A stretch of DNA of 64,000 nucleotides from Gnetum montanum (Eukaryota; Plantae; Gnetophyta), in contig MNCI01000775.1 in the NCBI GenBank assembly GCA_015680685.1, positions 140,251 to 204,250 on the forward strand, in the 5' to 3' direction. Position 1 is the stretch's first letter. Every line of letters starts with the position of its first letter. Shown here piece after piece: positions 39,667-54,700 of this stretch. The notes below the pieces were generated by a model. It saw only the letters and a list, made by a program, of their open reading frames with translations, did no database searches and was not told the origin of the DNA. A program made the position numbers and the translations under genes.

Positions 39667-39959
39667 TGAAGATTTGTCCTTTAGGTTCATAAGCTTGATA
39701 GTCCTAGCACATTAATAGTTCTTTTTGTTGTTAGGAGGGCTTAAGATATTAGATACTATTTTAAGTTCATGACCAAACAGACTAATAGTTTGAAAGATTT
39801 CAAAGGTTCCAAAGAAGTTCTTGATTATAAGAATTGTATAGAACAAGGTTCTTAAGTTTGGAACAAGTAGTGACGTAAAGAGTATAAGGATAAGAATATC
39901 ACCCCTTCTATCTAATTTATTAGTCTATAAGAGAGAGTCAAGGAAATTTAATAGTTCAA

Positions 39960-42900
39960 TGATCAAAAAGACTACTAATAGGATGGCAAATCCTTGGTAA
40001 AGAGTTACATCATTAGGATTTGAAAACTACAATGGTATTTCCAAGTTAGTTTAGAAATATTTTCCTTAGTCTTTTATTCTTAGAAAAGCTTACTTATTTA
40101 AAGAATTCATTGACTTATTTGAGTTAGTCTTAGCTCATGCAAATATTCAACATCAAGATCAAGCATGCAGGTTTTCTGTAGCAAATTTAAAGGATATGGC
40201 TCAAATTTGGTATTCAAACATGCCAAGAAATAGTATTACAAGTTGGGATGATATAAAAAGTCTTTTGTTGGCCTATTTTCATAGTTAATTAGATCAAGAA
40301 CAACTATATTCTAGCCTAGTACAAGCTAAGTAGGAGGTCAAAGAGTCGATTAGAGATTTTAATATTAAGTTTCAAAGAGTCGATTAGAGATTTTCAAAAA
40401 CAATATAGACCATTAGATGAAATGCTTAAAGATACTTATCTTAAGGCTATGAATCCCAATATTTCAATCTAGTTAAGGGGAACTCCAAACTTCATAACAT
40501 TGAATGACTACTTTAGTGAAGCTATATAGTTAGAAAAATAATTCAACTTGAATAATGAAGAGATCATAAAACGCAAAAAAGAGAAGAGAAAATGATGATT
40601 CTTGTCCAAGATTTTGCATAATTTAAATCATTGCTAGGACCATATCATGTTAAGGTAGAGCAAGAGTCTGAAAGCAAAGAATCTAAAAAGGGATAGTTAA
40701 TGGGAGACTTGTGCAGTAAAATAGTGAAACTAAAAAAATCTTTGGAAAAAGTTAAAATCAAGAAAGAAAGGAAAAATAAAAAACATAAGGATCAAGACAC
40801 TAAGTTAGTAGAAGATGAGGATGGGAGTGATGTTGTTATGTCTAACTTCTTTGATATTGAATCTGATAATGAGCTATCTAGTGTTCATTATGCATGCAAA
40901 TCTTCTAATAATGGAGCTAGCGATACCTCTTTATCAATTTCTAAAGAGGATATATTGTAAAATGAAGAATGTAATAAAAATGAATAAAATGGGTATAATC
41001 TTCAAGAAAAATAAATGTTAACTACTTCTAGACCTCCAAATGTCATTTTTGATCCATCTACTAAGAGAAAGATTTTTGAACCAAAATAAGTAAAGATTTT
41101 TGATCCATCTACTAAGAAAAATAAAAGTAAAGAAGATCAAGTAGAGAAAAGTACTCAAAATAAGTATTTTAATAAATAGATGAAGAAACCCAGCTTTTAT
41201 GGAGATGGAGAATATGATCTGATTGAAGAACTTAAACATGTCAAAGCCAACATTAGTATATATCAATTGTTACAAATAAGTGATCATCAAACAAAGGCTT
41301 TAGAGTTCATTAAAAGTAAAAGAAGAGTTGGAGAATTAAAATTAAGCTATGTTTCTAACATTCACAAAATAACTAAAATGAGCTATAATTGTACTCCTAA
41401 CAACAAATCTCCTCTTTTTCTATTGAAAATGAAGTTAAAAGACAAATATCATCACAATTATTTGGTTGATTTTGGAGCTACATCTACTATTATGCCATTT
41501 TCCATATGTAAAAACATTTGGCTTGAATCCTGAGAAATCCAATAAAAAGATTATTCAAGTGGACAAAAGAAAAGTGAAAATTGTGGATCATCTATCCAAC
41601 GTTTTATTAGAAATTACTTTTGAACCTTATATCAAAAGTAAAGTAACTATTCAAGGGGTAAACATACCAAATTCACATAGACTTTTGTTAAGTAGAAGCT
41701 GGAGTAACAATTTCTTTGATTACATATCAACAATTTTTTTTGATATGTGACTACCTTGGAAGGGGAAGCCAAATCAAATATGCATATGTAGTGAACCTTT
41801 GTTGAATGAAAAAATTACTTCATTGAAATAAAGTCATTGAAATAAGAGCTTTTGAAACTAGAATTCACACACTTCAAGAAGTTCTTAATTTGGAAAAGAA
41901 AGAATCTCAACATGAAAGCAAATGGAAGTTATACTTTGATGGTTCTTGTAATTCTAAAGGTGGAGGAGCCAGAGTAGTTCTAGTAAAAGATGATTCCAAA
42001 AAAATATTCAAGGAAATTCATCTGTCTTTTCCCTATAATAATAACAATGCTTAATATGAAGCCCTAAGTACTGGAATTAAAATAGCATTAGAAAAAGAAA
42101 TTAAGGTAATCATCATAAAGGGAGACTTAAGATTAGTGTGTGAACTATTTAAAGATAATTGTGTAGTAAAACACTCATTCTTATGACCTTATAAATAGTT
42201 TGTTTGCAAAATGTTAGATCAATTTCATCACTACCAAGTAGAACATATAGGTAGGAAGGATAATTATGTAGTAGATGATTTAGCAAAGGTAGCTTCAACA
42301 TTAGATATGAAAGGGATAGAAAGTTATGAAGGTGTAATAGTTGGAAAAGAATATCAGCCATTGATACTAGATAAGATAAAGCATTTACAAATATTTGAAG
42401 ATGATGACCAATTTCTTAGATTCTTAAGAAATAAACAAGAATTCAAAAGTCAAACCATACCTAAAATAACGTCAAGATTTAAGGCAAATTGTATTCCAAA
42501 AAAAGGTGATTGATTATGAACATGAGTTTAGCAAAAAATGTCTTACCAAAAAAGATACACAACATTCAAATGATTAAGCTTATGAAGGATTGAATTTTCA
42601 ATTTACAAAGCTACTAAAGATGTTAAATGTCATAAAGAAAAGGATTTAGTTTTCAAGAAAATTTTATTATTACTCCTAAAAAATAATTTGGAAAATTTTT
42701 CTTGGTGTTATGATGATTTTTTAAAACTTTTAGACTAGATGTGATACATAAAATTCCTTTGACAAATGATTATAAAATAGTTAAATAAAAAAATGAAATT
42801 TAATTTATCATTTGAGCCAGTTATGGAAGTTGAGATCAAGAAGTTATTGCAAGCCTAAATCATATATCCTATCCAATACTTGACATGGCTTTCCAACCTT

Positions 42901-45900
42901 GTTCCAGTGAGGAAGAAGAATAGCAATATTAGGCTTTCTATAGATTTAAGAAATTTGAATGAGGCCTCTAAAAAGACAAATAACCACTTTCTAGAATTAA
43001 TGAAATATTGATCAAAGTATCAAGTTATCAAGTATCTTCTTTCCTAGATGGTTTTTCAAGCTATAATCAAATCACAATAAATAAGGGTGATAGATTTAAA
43101 ACAACATTTATCACTAAGTGGAGAACTTTTTTCTACCAAAGAATGCCATTTGGACTGTGAAATGGTGGAGCTACTTTTCAATGAGCAATGGATTTAGCCT
43201 TTAAAGGTTTAATAAGTGAGTTCATTGTTGTTTATTTAGATGATGTCTATAACAATGTTTCCCCTAACATTGCTCAGCACCCCAAGGAATTCACTAAGAT
43301 CTAGTGGATCTGGGGCAGAAGACCTAAGGAATATGCCTCAAGAAAGCAAGAAACTCATGAGTGAGTGCAAGCAGCAACCCAACTTCTTATCATGTATGTA
43401 TGGAGAAAAACCTCATGGAGGATAACCAACTCTAAACAAGGATTAAGCACACAAGCAACCCTACAGAAAACATCGATGGGAGAGGAAATGATGCACCTAC
43501 AAGCGAAGGTGCCTCACCCCCACATCCCGCACAATCTGGTACAAGGTGTGGCCTGGCATTGCACCAAAACTATCTAGTCTTGGCTACCTACATATCTATG
43601 ACCATCATAGAATCAGGACCATGTAGTTCTCCGCTATGAGTGTGGAATGAAGAGGACTTATGAGAGTGTTACAATAGGAGGGTGTCCTATTGCTAGTTTG
43701 GTACCACCAAGCTAGATTGGATTTTATAACACTTGAGAGTTACTTGAGGGTGTTGCAAAGTGTTCCATGGCCCCCAAACCATGGAGAGAGCCTAGGAGAA
43801 CCACCATCCTAGGACATCTCTCACAATGCTCCCTCGCACAAAGAAGGGACGTCCTCAAAGCGGAGCCTAGGATAGCTTCGAAAGTACCCTTCTGTATGGG
43901 TTTGGAACTTTGTCAACTCTAGGGATCCATCAACTCCTCTGATGCCAGGCTCATAGGAAGGTACTAGTCCCAACACCTGATATAGCCTTCCATCCAATGC
44001 CTTGCATCAAATTCAAGGGGCAATTGAAGGAAGCCCAAAGACTTCCCTACTCTATAATAAGTGAGACTACTCCAACCCAAAGGGCCAACATCTCTAAGGT
44101 GTCCCCTAGATCCATCCCTTATTAGTTCTAGAGACATATCTTCTTGCATATACCCATACCTATGTAAGAAGATAGCTCCTCTTCCACAAATCCAACCGAC
44201 TACCTTTGTGAATGGCATCCTAGCACCCCATCAATTTTTTTCATCAATTTTGAGGGCTCACCAAGCCCACTACCCATGGTGATGGACATGGAAACATCAA
44301 ACTAAGAGGGAGGACATGCTCCAAAAGAGCCATGTCTCTACAAGAAACTCATGCTTGCTAGAACTCCATGTTCTACTACTTGCATCGAGACCCATGGGGT
44401 CTCACCAGTGCAACCACCTATGCACTGATTCCATGTGCATCTATACCATCCACATTTTTTTTCCATCATGTCTGTCAAGCTGGTATGAAACAGTCAAGCA
44501 TGTTCTCCCTTCCAAACAAGGTACAAGGGTAGATATTTTAAGCTTGACTTTGCCATCCACAGAAACTAGCATTGCATATCTTAATTCACCATCCCACAAT
44601 AGTCCATTACCAAGAGGATATTAGACAACAAGCCCAAAGTGTCATTAAAAAATTTTTCAATTGTCCAACATCAAGAATTCCTACTTGAATGTTAGAACAT
44701 GTGGAGGGTATGTTGGGTAGCCAACTCTAGGAAAATCCTCTATACATAAGTCTCATGTCAACTGTAAGCACATCATCAAATGCAACCATAATATCCCATT
44801 CATGGAGAAGGATCAACTTCACTTGCAACATACAAGCTATCCTTCCCACTCCAAGTTATGGAACAAGCACCATTTTCTAGACACTAGGTCTAGGAAAGAA
44901 TATAGAGTCACCTCTAAGAGCAACTAGATCATGAATTCTCCAAGGAACATCTAGGTTCCCAAAATTTGATTTTCCCCACCATATCAAGAACAACTGCCAG
45001 TCTCGTGATCAACACCTTTCAATAGATTTTTGCACTTGAAGGAAGGATCCTCTTTTAGAGTTTTCTTCCATAGGTAAGTATAGCAGCCCAACTACACCTT
45101 ACCCATAATACATACCCAAGTAGTCAATATAGGTAATAGAACCATATCATCAAACTATTACCAGCTGAGGGAAGACATGGATTCACAAGACTTATCCAAA
45201 TTCAATTTCACCTTGAGAAAAACTCGAGACACCAAGTAGTTCATCCCTTTAAAATTTTATCAAGAGGGTTTTCTGTTTCATCTTGGGAGATCTAGGTTTT
45301 TGTTTCATACATAGTAGTCAAGACTATTTACATCAATTATGGTGGACAAGGCTACACCACTACCTATTATCACTCAATCCAAACGACAGACACATGTCAA
45401 CAACAACATTTTGCCCATAGGAGGATTGGGTCCTCAAGATATTTTTACATGGAATAGCCTTCACCAACATCAATTACAACTGAAAATACTACACAATTCA
45501 ACCCCAAAGGATTTACAATAAGGGTGGTCTACCAGAGAACCCCAATAAGTCCCTCTAGAGCCCCCAAAATTGAGCGAGTGCATAAGATCATGCCTTTCTT
45601 ATAAGAAGAGCAATATGTACCTTTAATTCACATCAACAACATAGCCTTACAAAGGAGGTTTCATGAATTTCACCAAGGTAATAACATTCTATCTCTGAAA
45701 ACAAACCCCAAGGTTTCACAAACATGGTGCAACTACTAGGAACAAGTTCCAAAGATCAACTGATTCTAGGTCCCAAAAAGGAAACAACAGTCTCAATACC
45801 ACCTACCTTATTATTTTAGGAACTAAAGAGGGCATCCATTGGAATGGAGAATGACCCCTCATAGAATTAAATATTCACCAAGTAATATCATGCTCAACTC

Positions 45901-48900
45901 TGATATCCCACCAGGGAGGTAAAAACACCAACATGAATTAACATTACACTAGAGACATGGGACAATATATTAGGGAGGGACAATGTGATAAATTAGTATA
46001 TATAAGGGACAAATTACATGAGAAAATTTGGCAAGACACCATAGCCTATTAGGCACAATGAGTCCCTTGTCATGGAATCATACCATAGACCACGAAAGCA
46101 CCAATAAGTCCCAAGCCATGAGAGTGCACCATAGCCCTTAGAAGTACCAAAAGAAATTGGTCATGAAAGCATGCCAACATGTACAATCACTATAAGCCCC
46201 CAATAATGAGATCATAGGCTCAAGTATTTTGAGCACATTCAAGTCCAACAAGTAAGGCCACTAAGAGAAGTCACAATTTCTATATCTATAACGTCATTTA
46301 TCCAAGGATGGGCCACCATCCCACCATTTGCAAAGCTACTCCATGATCGCATCCAACATGGAGAGTGAGTCTAGGTGAAAATACCAAAAACTCAACTCTA
46401 CTTCATAGCTAAACATCATAGCATCACATTGATTTGAATTTTAGTCTACCATTGTAATTCACATGGCCACAGTGAACCACCCACTATCAAGATCAAGCAC
46501 ATCAAACTAATTTATTTGTATTTCAGGCTACATGCCACCATTTATCATCTATGGAAAAGATATTTTCTAGTCCAAGAACACAAGAGAAAGTGTTCCCAAG
46601 ATTTTTTCTGTCTCAAGGACATTCACCAAAGCACATACCATCCAGGCATGCCAACATCACCAAGAACACATGGCACTATTTCAAGAGCACAATGGGCAAG
46701 GACATGCCCTAGTCTATTGATTTCAACACCATATTACAACTAAAGAATTTCCCATGAGGTTTTTAGCATAATTATACATCAAGGCACAAAGGTCGTTTAC
46801 AACATAGCAAGGGCACCTTCAAAACAAGCACTAGGAAAACACCATACATCAAGCTTGGCCTTGTCACAAGGTGTGGCATAGGCCTACAATAAGGAAATGC
46901 ATCTAGCACTTTTGAGTGCATACTATCGAATTGAGAATATCACAAGGATACATTTCACACACCCAAGGATAGGAATACATTTTAATAGGAACATACATGG
47001 TATTTAGGAATCCTACCCAGGCCTAGAAGGCTATAGGACAAACTACCCAAGCCCATCCAAGGCTAAAGGATTTAGGCCACCAAGAGAATACCACGAAAGA
47101 ACCATGTTGTTCTAAGAAAAACCTATCTCTGTAATGAAGCATAAATGATCATCTGTCACACTGCACCACTGTCTCAAAACATAAATGATCAACCATTGCA
47201 CTAAACCCACTGCATGACTGCCATCAAACAAAAATGATTCAAGACATGAACACAACAATCGAATAAGGAAACACACCAATTGAGTATCCGCCACCTACCA
47301 TAGTGGGACCTCAAGGCATTGCCCACTCCTGGGCCATTAGTATCCTACATGGCCAAGGATACCATATCATGCCATCTACTAGCCCAATATTTGTATGATC
47401 TAGGATAGATCACCATCCTCTGTTAGTGCTCACCTAGCACAGAGAGGTAAACAAATCATTATGTACCTATTGATTCATCATAGCCAATGTACTGATAAAT
47501 CCACAACCCAGTGTTGGGATTCTAAGACCAAATAATCAGTTCATGAAAGCCTCAAGAGCACATATCTTCCCCATAGACATAGTGCTCATAGAACCAATTG
47601 AGGTCACCACTGGCTGCATCTTTGTACCTGCAAACATTGAGAAAAAATCTCAAAAACATAGAAGTTAGCAGGAACATGATCAGCACATTAGCCTCATATA
47701 CAACCATCAAGCATGATGATATAATAGAGTAATATCACTCTTGCAACATCATAAAAAGCAAGACCTCAACAACATGCATAGAGATCAATCATGAAAAACC
47801 TTGATGGGTCAATTAGATCCACTCAAACAAATGATTTCACCATGAGGCACACCAAGAGAGAGCTAGCACACTCTCAAAATTCCAAGATTCATATACAACA
47901 ATCATTTCTAGCCACTAACACTGGTTTCAAATAGGATCAAAATCTCAACACAATCATAACAAGCATGGTCAATAGAGAATCATCATCTCAACTCAAAAAT
48001 AAGGTGAAAGACTAAGGTCTATCCAACAATAGGTCTACATAAAAACCAATTCTCACAATGATGAGCAACATCATGGAGGATGCGTCTACAAGAAAGACTC
48101 TCATCAAAAGAGATGTGGTCTCAACAAGAACCAGCAATAGGATGACCCACACTAGTAGTCTTTGAATCAAAGTGACCAAGAAATGTCACCAATCAAAAGA
48201 GTGATGCCACAAACCCAAGGGTAACACAACCAGCTCAAACAAGGGAGCACAACTCATGAAATATTAGCAACAAGGGCAATCCTACCTCATGCACAAAAGG
48301 CTGTTACAAAAATACAACAACATTTGTCTTTGGGATGGCAAAATGGCCTCAAATTTCATCCTCAACAATCCCACCAACAAGTAATCATATAGCATAGAAC
48401 ACAAAGCCTTGCATTACGAATGATAGACATGATGAAGAAAACACATATGTAGAATTTGAAAGTGCAACCAAGAAGAAACACATACACAAATAGACAAATA
48501 TACAATTGCAAGCATGAATGTACAAAGTCTACCAGCAATCATCTTAATCCACCCAGAATGAGGCTCTGCAAGAGCACATGTCTGAAGGCCCTCCATCCTG
48601 AGATACCTGGGAACCATCTTGTCCAATTTGTATTGCCCAAACTCACTGTATCTAGGGTGAGTGGGAGTGCAAGGATATCCTATCCTACACAATTCAATCA
48701 ATGCCATCTCAAAACATGTTATTTGGGTGGAAACCAAAGTGAAGACTTGGTCCAATTCATCCCAAATCAATCACTGGAGATCATAAATGAGCTCCTTGAG
48801 CAAAAAAATTCTTGAGTTGCCAGTAGAACTTCTCTCTACCATATCACATACAATCACAACTAGTCCAACCAAAAGTAAACAAGTGGATGACATCAACACA

Positions 48901-51743
48901 ACACAATAGTTTACATCCTCAAGGAGAGCAACATACATCAATTGCTCACAATTTAACATCTGTCCCCTCCTAATAAGCATAAAAACATTTTCATAAGGCA
49001 ATTCTTCAAAGAATACATAAGGATATGATCCTAGACCACCTAGGTATCAATTCGAAGGGACCATTAATCAAACAACCTCAATGGAGTAACACAACAAAAG
49101 AGCACATGCATATCACAACACAATTTCAAAAATGTTTTGATACCATCTGTAACAATGTTACCCTTAACATTGCCTGGCACCCCAAGGAATTCACCAAGAT
49201 CCAATGGATTTGGGGTAGAAGACTTGGGGAATACACCTCAAGCAAGCAAGCAACTCATGAGTGAGTGCAAGTAGCAACCTAGCTTCTTATCATGTGTGTA
49301 TGGAAATGCACCTCACGAAGGGTAACCAACTCCAAACGAGAACCAAGAAAACAAGCACACAAGAAACCTTGTAGACAACATCAGTGGGAGGGGAAATGAT
49401 ACACCTACAAGGGAAGGTGCCTCACCCCAAGATCTCTCATGATCTGGTACAAGGTGTGCTCTGGCACTGCACCAAAACTATCCAGTCTTGGCTACCTACA
49501 TATCTACAACCATCATAGAATCAAGGCCGTGTAGTTCTCCACTATGAGGGTGGAATGAAGAGGACTTAAGAGAGAGTTAACCCAAGAGGGTGTCCTATTG
49601 CTAGATTGCTACCACCAAGCTGGGGTGGGTTTTCTAACACTTGAGAGTCACCCAAGGACATCGCAAAGTGTTCCATGGCCCTGAACCATGGGGAGAGCCT
49701 AGGAGAACTAGCATCTTGGGACATCTCTCAAAATATCACTATCTTTTTAAAAAGGAAGGAAGATCATATTGGTTATCTTTGACAAGTTTTTAAAAAATTT
49801 TGTGAGTATGGTATTTCATTAAATCCTAAGAAATGTATCTTCAAGGTTAAATCTAGAATTTTACTAGGTCGCACAATCTACCAAGAAGGAATTGCTATAG
49901 ATAACTCCTAGATTCAAGTAGTATAGAATATCGAGCATCCTATAAGTAAAACGTTTCTTAGATCCTTTTTTGGAAAGATAAATTTTGTTAAGAAATTTAT
50001 CCTTGGATTCAACAAAATTACTAAACCTTTGATGCATATGCTAAAGAAATGTGTCCTAGTAGAGAAAACACCATAATCAAAGAGAGATTTAGCAAAAAAT
50101 TAAAAATCCATTTAAGAAACTTTATATGTGGTAAAACCAAAATTGAAAGCAGACTTTTGGTTATATGCTTTTACTTCAAATGATTTAGTTGCTGCTATTT
50201 TAACTCAAAAATATGAAGGTCAAAATGAACCAATTGGATTTTTTAAGGATCAGCTGAAAGATTCATAGCTAAATTATTTAGACTTAGAGAAATAGGCATT
50301 TGTAGTTATTAAGGCACTTTAGCATTTCAAAAATTACATGGAAAGCTCATTAGTTCATATTATGCTAATAGAACCTACAATAAATTAATTCTTAGCTCAA
50401 AATGAAATTGGATTGAAAAGAGGAAAATGGCTCATAGAGCTTTAAGGTTTTAGGTTTTCATTGGAGATATGCAAAACCATTAAGGGAATGGGATTATCCA
50501 TGTTAAAGGATAAAGATAATGAAATATGTGTACTTATGACTCATGAAGGAAATTGGTGTGATGAAATTCTAGAATTCTTTAATACATGAAATGCTTCAAA
50601 GAACTTAATTGCAAGTCAAAAAAGAGATTCCTTCAAAAGTGCAAATAAATTTATGGTTAAAGATGGAATCTTATACAAAAAGGATTTTAGAGGGATTTTG
50701 TTGGAATGTGTCTAGAATGATCAAATAAGTCCTATCTTAGAACAATTCCATGATCTCTCTAATTTATTTTATGAGTCCCCTAAGTCTACTATGCAACATA
50801 TACTCCACTATGGGTTTTATTGGCCTAGTATGTACAAAAATATTACTTTAAGGATTTAAAAATGTCACAAATGTAAAATTCATGGATTAAAGATCAAAAA
50901 GGCTAGAGCTCCATTAAAATTAGTAATTATAGATAACCATTTTAGCAATGGGGCTTCAATTTTGTTGGCACAATTACTCCTTTGAGAGTAGGACATAAGT
51001 TTATTCTCACAACTACTAATTACTTTACCAAATAGTTGGAAGCAAAGGCTCTAAGGAAAATTTCAACATTAGACATGATTAAGTTCTTAGAATATTAGAT
51101 TCTAAGTTATTTTGGTCTACCTAAAGTGTTGGTATATGCTAATGGACCTACTTTTCAAACTAAAGAATTTTGTAACATGGGCATCCAAAAAATCCATCTT
51201 TCTATTTTCTTCTTCAAATTATTATCCTCAAGGAAATGTCTAAGTTGAATCTATAAATAAAAAGCTTATTTCTTACATTAAAAAGTTGGTGGGTTCAAAT
51301 CAAGAAAATTGGATTGATTACTTGCAATATGCATTATGGACTAACCATATTAGATTTAGAAAGGATATTGGAACGTTAGCTTATAACATAGTCTATGGTT
51401 TACCCACTAGAATTACAAAAAAGATTATAAGTTTACCCTCATGTTTTGTATAAAAGTATAGTGAGAAAATTGATAAAGTTCAAAGTTTCATGACCTTGCT
51501 TATCAAAAGAGAAGCTAAAATGGATAGGACTAATGATAATTTATTAAAGACTGCTTCTTAAGTCAAAATCTAGTTCAATAGAAATGCTTTGAAAACAACT
51601 TTTAAAGTTGATGATCTTGTATTATTATGGAATATAAATAAGCCAAATAAGTTTTTGACAATATGAACTCGTCTATTTCTGATATAGAAATAATTATCTG
51701 TGGAGACATACAAGTTATCAACATTAAGTGGGATTGAATTGTA
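39960..51743 (+). pseudogene. pol: B1 gag-PR-aRH-RT-RH-INT, disrupted and interrupted by element C
   Basis: Protease YLVDFGATSTIM (~41460). aRH WKLYFDGSCNSKGGGA, NNNA*YEAL, KGDLRLV (~41920-42300). RT FLDGFSSYNQI, MPFGL, YLDD (43233-43244), resuming at 49733 (ITIF...LNPKKC). INT TNYFTK, YYPQGN. Ends YKLSTLSGIEL at ~51740 with no 3' UTR or PPT. Confidence 0.9.
43248..49732 (-). mobile_element. Element C: LTR retrotransposon with Met PBS (probably Ty3/gypsy), degenerate internal region
   Basis: Direct-repeat LTRs 43248-43825 and 49148-49732. PBS TGGTATCAAAAC on minus at 49134-49145. PPT GAGGGAG on minus at ~43829-43835. TSD ATGTC/ATATC. Superfamily assignment is tentative. Confidence 0.85.
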
Positions 51744-54700
51744 TGACTATTATTTATTCACATAAAATTTTAATTAGGAATATGAGATGGATTACTTTTT
51801 CCAGTTCTCAATTTTTGAGTTCTAATAGATACAATAGGAAATCAACATTCTCTTTGCTTGAGAGTAAATCCATCACTCAAGATAAGCCTATTAGAAGATC
51901 AATATGTTTAAGTTATGGTGGAAATAATAAATCTAAAATGTGCATTTTAGAAAACAGCCCATAGCTAAGATATCAATGATTGGATAGTTTAAGGTTTGAG
52001 AAATGCATTATAATGATATCATGAGAAATCCCTTATAATGAAATATTGGTAATTTGAAAAATGGAATAATAGTTGAACAAGATCAACTATTATCATGAAA
52101 TCATATTCTAAGTTACTAGAGCAACAATAAATATCAGAAGTCAAAAATTCTTGGCCTAAGTAAGAACAAACAATTAACGTGGATTCTACATTTCTATTAT
52201 TGAGGACACTAGGCTCAATATTTTCGCTTGCATAGTTTGGAGGATTTTCTTATTGTCTAAGATGAATTCCTTGAGAAATGAGTTCATGCAGTGTATGAAG
52301 ATACAAACATATCCATATAATACTTTAATGAGATGCAATAGTTTAAAGGTAAACAAAGCACCCAATGGTAACAAGGGCAAACAATTAACAACCAGATGGA
52401 TGACCATAGTTGGGAGATTCCTGTACGTGATATCTTCTACTCATATTTTTATTGCCTAAAACATCTATTCAAATAAAAATAACTAATTTTCACCAATTAT
52501 CCAATGATCCTAGCACGTGGTAGTGTTATAAATAGGACTAAGGTAATGCTAGAAACGCATAAGGGTGAACTAACAATCGAATGGTAGTTTAACCCATCTT
52601 AAAGAAGATTAACTAAAAATATTGAAAATGACTTGGATAAATCAAACAAGTAAATAAATGATTCCAATCTAAATGTTGATGGCAATGGTAGAGGCAGCAT
52701 CGACACAAGAGATCATGATAGTTGAAAACCTGGCTACAAACTTTCATCACAGAGCTAGGAGGGCTAATAATTGATAGATGGGAATAGCTGGAGCTTGAAG
52801 AATTTCTAAGCAACTCTACAATTAAAAAAACATGCATAAATGAACTATGGATTCCAAATAAGGCTATGCTCTAAGCACATGCATGTTCATTACAATGATA
52901 CCATCTCTACATCAATTATGTGGCAAGGGATAAGGTAGTAGTGGTATCACGATAGCTACAAACCCTTACACTCATACCACATTAGAGAAAATTGTGTTTC
53001 ATCTTTAAGTTAAGATTTCTGGTGGAACATAATTAAAAAAATTNATAATATAAGTTTGAAAAAGATAATACATGTACATTTGACAAGGTTACGATTTAGA
53101 AAGGAAGATCTATAGATGTTTATTTATTTGAATCTAAATTTTACATAAAGGTTGTATAAAAGAAAAACTAAATCTTCTAAATGTTTCCATTTTAAAGGAT
53201 ACTTTCCAATCATGGCATGTATTTCTCCAATTTTTTTTTAACTTCTTATGGTAACCTCTATGATATTTGTTACAAAGATAACACTTGGTAACAATAGCTC
53301 AAATTTCTAAGAATCCCCATGGAAGTTATTAATTCTAAGGTGGTTACAAATTAATATTCTTAGAAATATTTAATACCCTTAACTTCTCATGATTATTGTA
53401 ACTACCCTAAGGTCACTATAAAAGGACCTTCCAAAGTAGAATTGGAGAGATTTTGTGAGAAGAAAAGAAAATTGAATATTATTTGTAAAATGGCTTGCTA
53501 AAGGCATTAATTTAGCTACTTTTTTTTCATCTTGTGTGTTCATTTCTTTCCATTTTTTTTAGTTACTTAGCTAATGATTTAAATAGTATCATTCTTAACA
53601 TTTAATTTTTGGATTTTTCCTAGGTTTCTTTTATGGCTCTATTTTGGTTCAATATTAGACTTCAATTAAGATTTTCCATATAGAGCTTATGTTGTTGAAA
53701 AGCCTCTAGAGAAATTAAATAGTAATGTCTTAATGAAATTTCTAGTTTTTAGCATAGTAAATTTAGGGAAATATTTGGTATTTTGAGACAACTGAAATAG
53801 CTTCATTGTTTTAAAGTGTATTACCTTAGTATTTCAATCCTAAAATTATCAAATATTTTAAGTCTCTATTGAATATAATCTTTGACAACTATTAACGAAC
53901 CAAAATAGACACTTGTACTTTGTTGTTTATGTAGCATTTTTGGTACTAAAGTAAGATTGTTTATAAGAAATTGCTTATTGAGCTCAAAGGCTTTGGACAA
54001 TTTGTAGTTATATTGAATTGAAATAGATTTATTGCAAAGTGTTTCCTCATGTCAATTTATCTTATTTAAATATTTGTAATCACACATAAATCTACTTTCT
54101 TTTCTTTCTCTTTCTAAGCCCATTGAATCTTTGCTCTTTCTAGTTTTCTTGTCGAATTTTCTCTTTAAGAGAAATTAGGAGTAGATTGATAGAATTATGC
54201 TTGAATTTTTTTGTAAAATTTATTTGTTGTAAGTAATGTACTATAGGGACCATGTAGATTAGTGACTGGACAAAATTGAAATCTCCAACAAATCATAGTA
54301 TTTGACAAAGATAGCTAAATCCCTTATATGATAGCCTATTATAGTTTTATATATAACCCAACCATTTCAACATTCATAACAAAAAATGTATACTTATAAT
54401 TAGTTCATTTTATAACTACTAAATCTATTTAAAGGTATTTTGGCCTTGGTATTGTTAGAGACCAACAAGCACCTAAACCGTATTTGAAGAATGTCTTCAA
54501 TTCCATGACCCCAAAGGTCATAAGACCATAGGTTCCCACAATGTTGGCAATCTCAAATGGTCACTAATAGCTCTTTTGACACTAGAAGAATGGCTAAAGA
54601 TTTGTCCTCTATGTTCATAGGCCTGATAGTCCTAGCACACCAATAGTTCTTTTTGTTGTTAAGAGGGCTCAAGAAATTATATACTATTTTGAGTTCATGA

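Noticed and set aside
38113-54569. Intact B element bounded by two LTRs
   Set aside because: The second LTR lacks a PPT, shares the upstream L1 flank with the first and is followed by a PBS and gag, so it is a duplicated 5' LTR.
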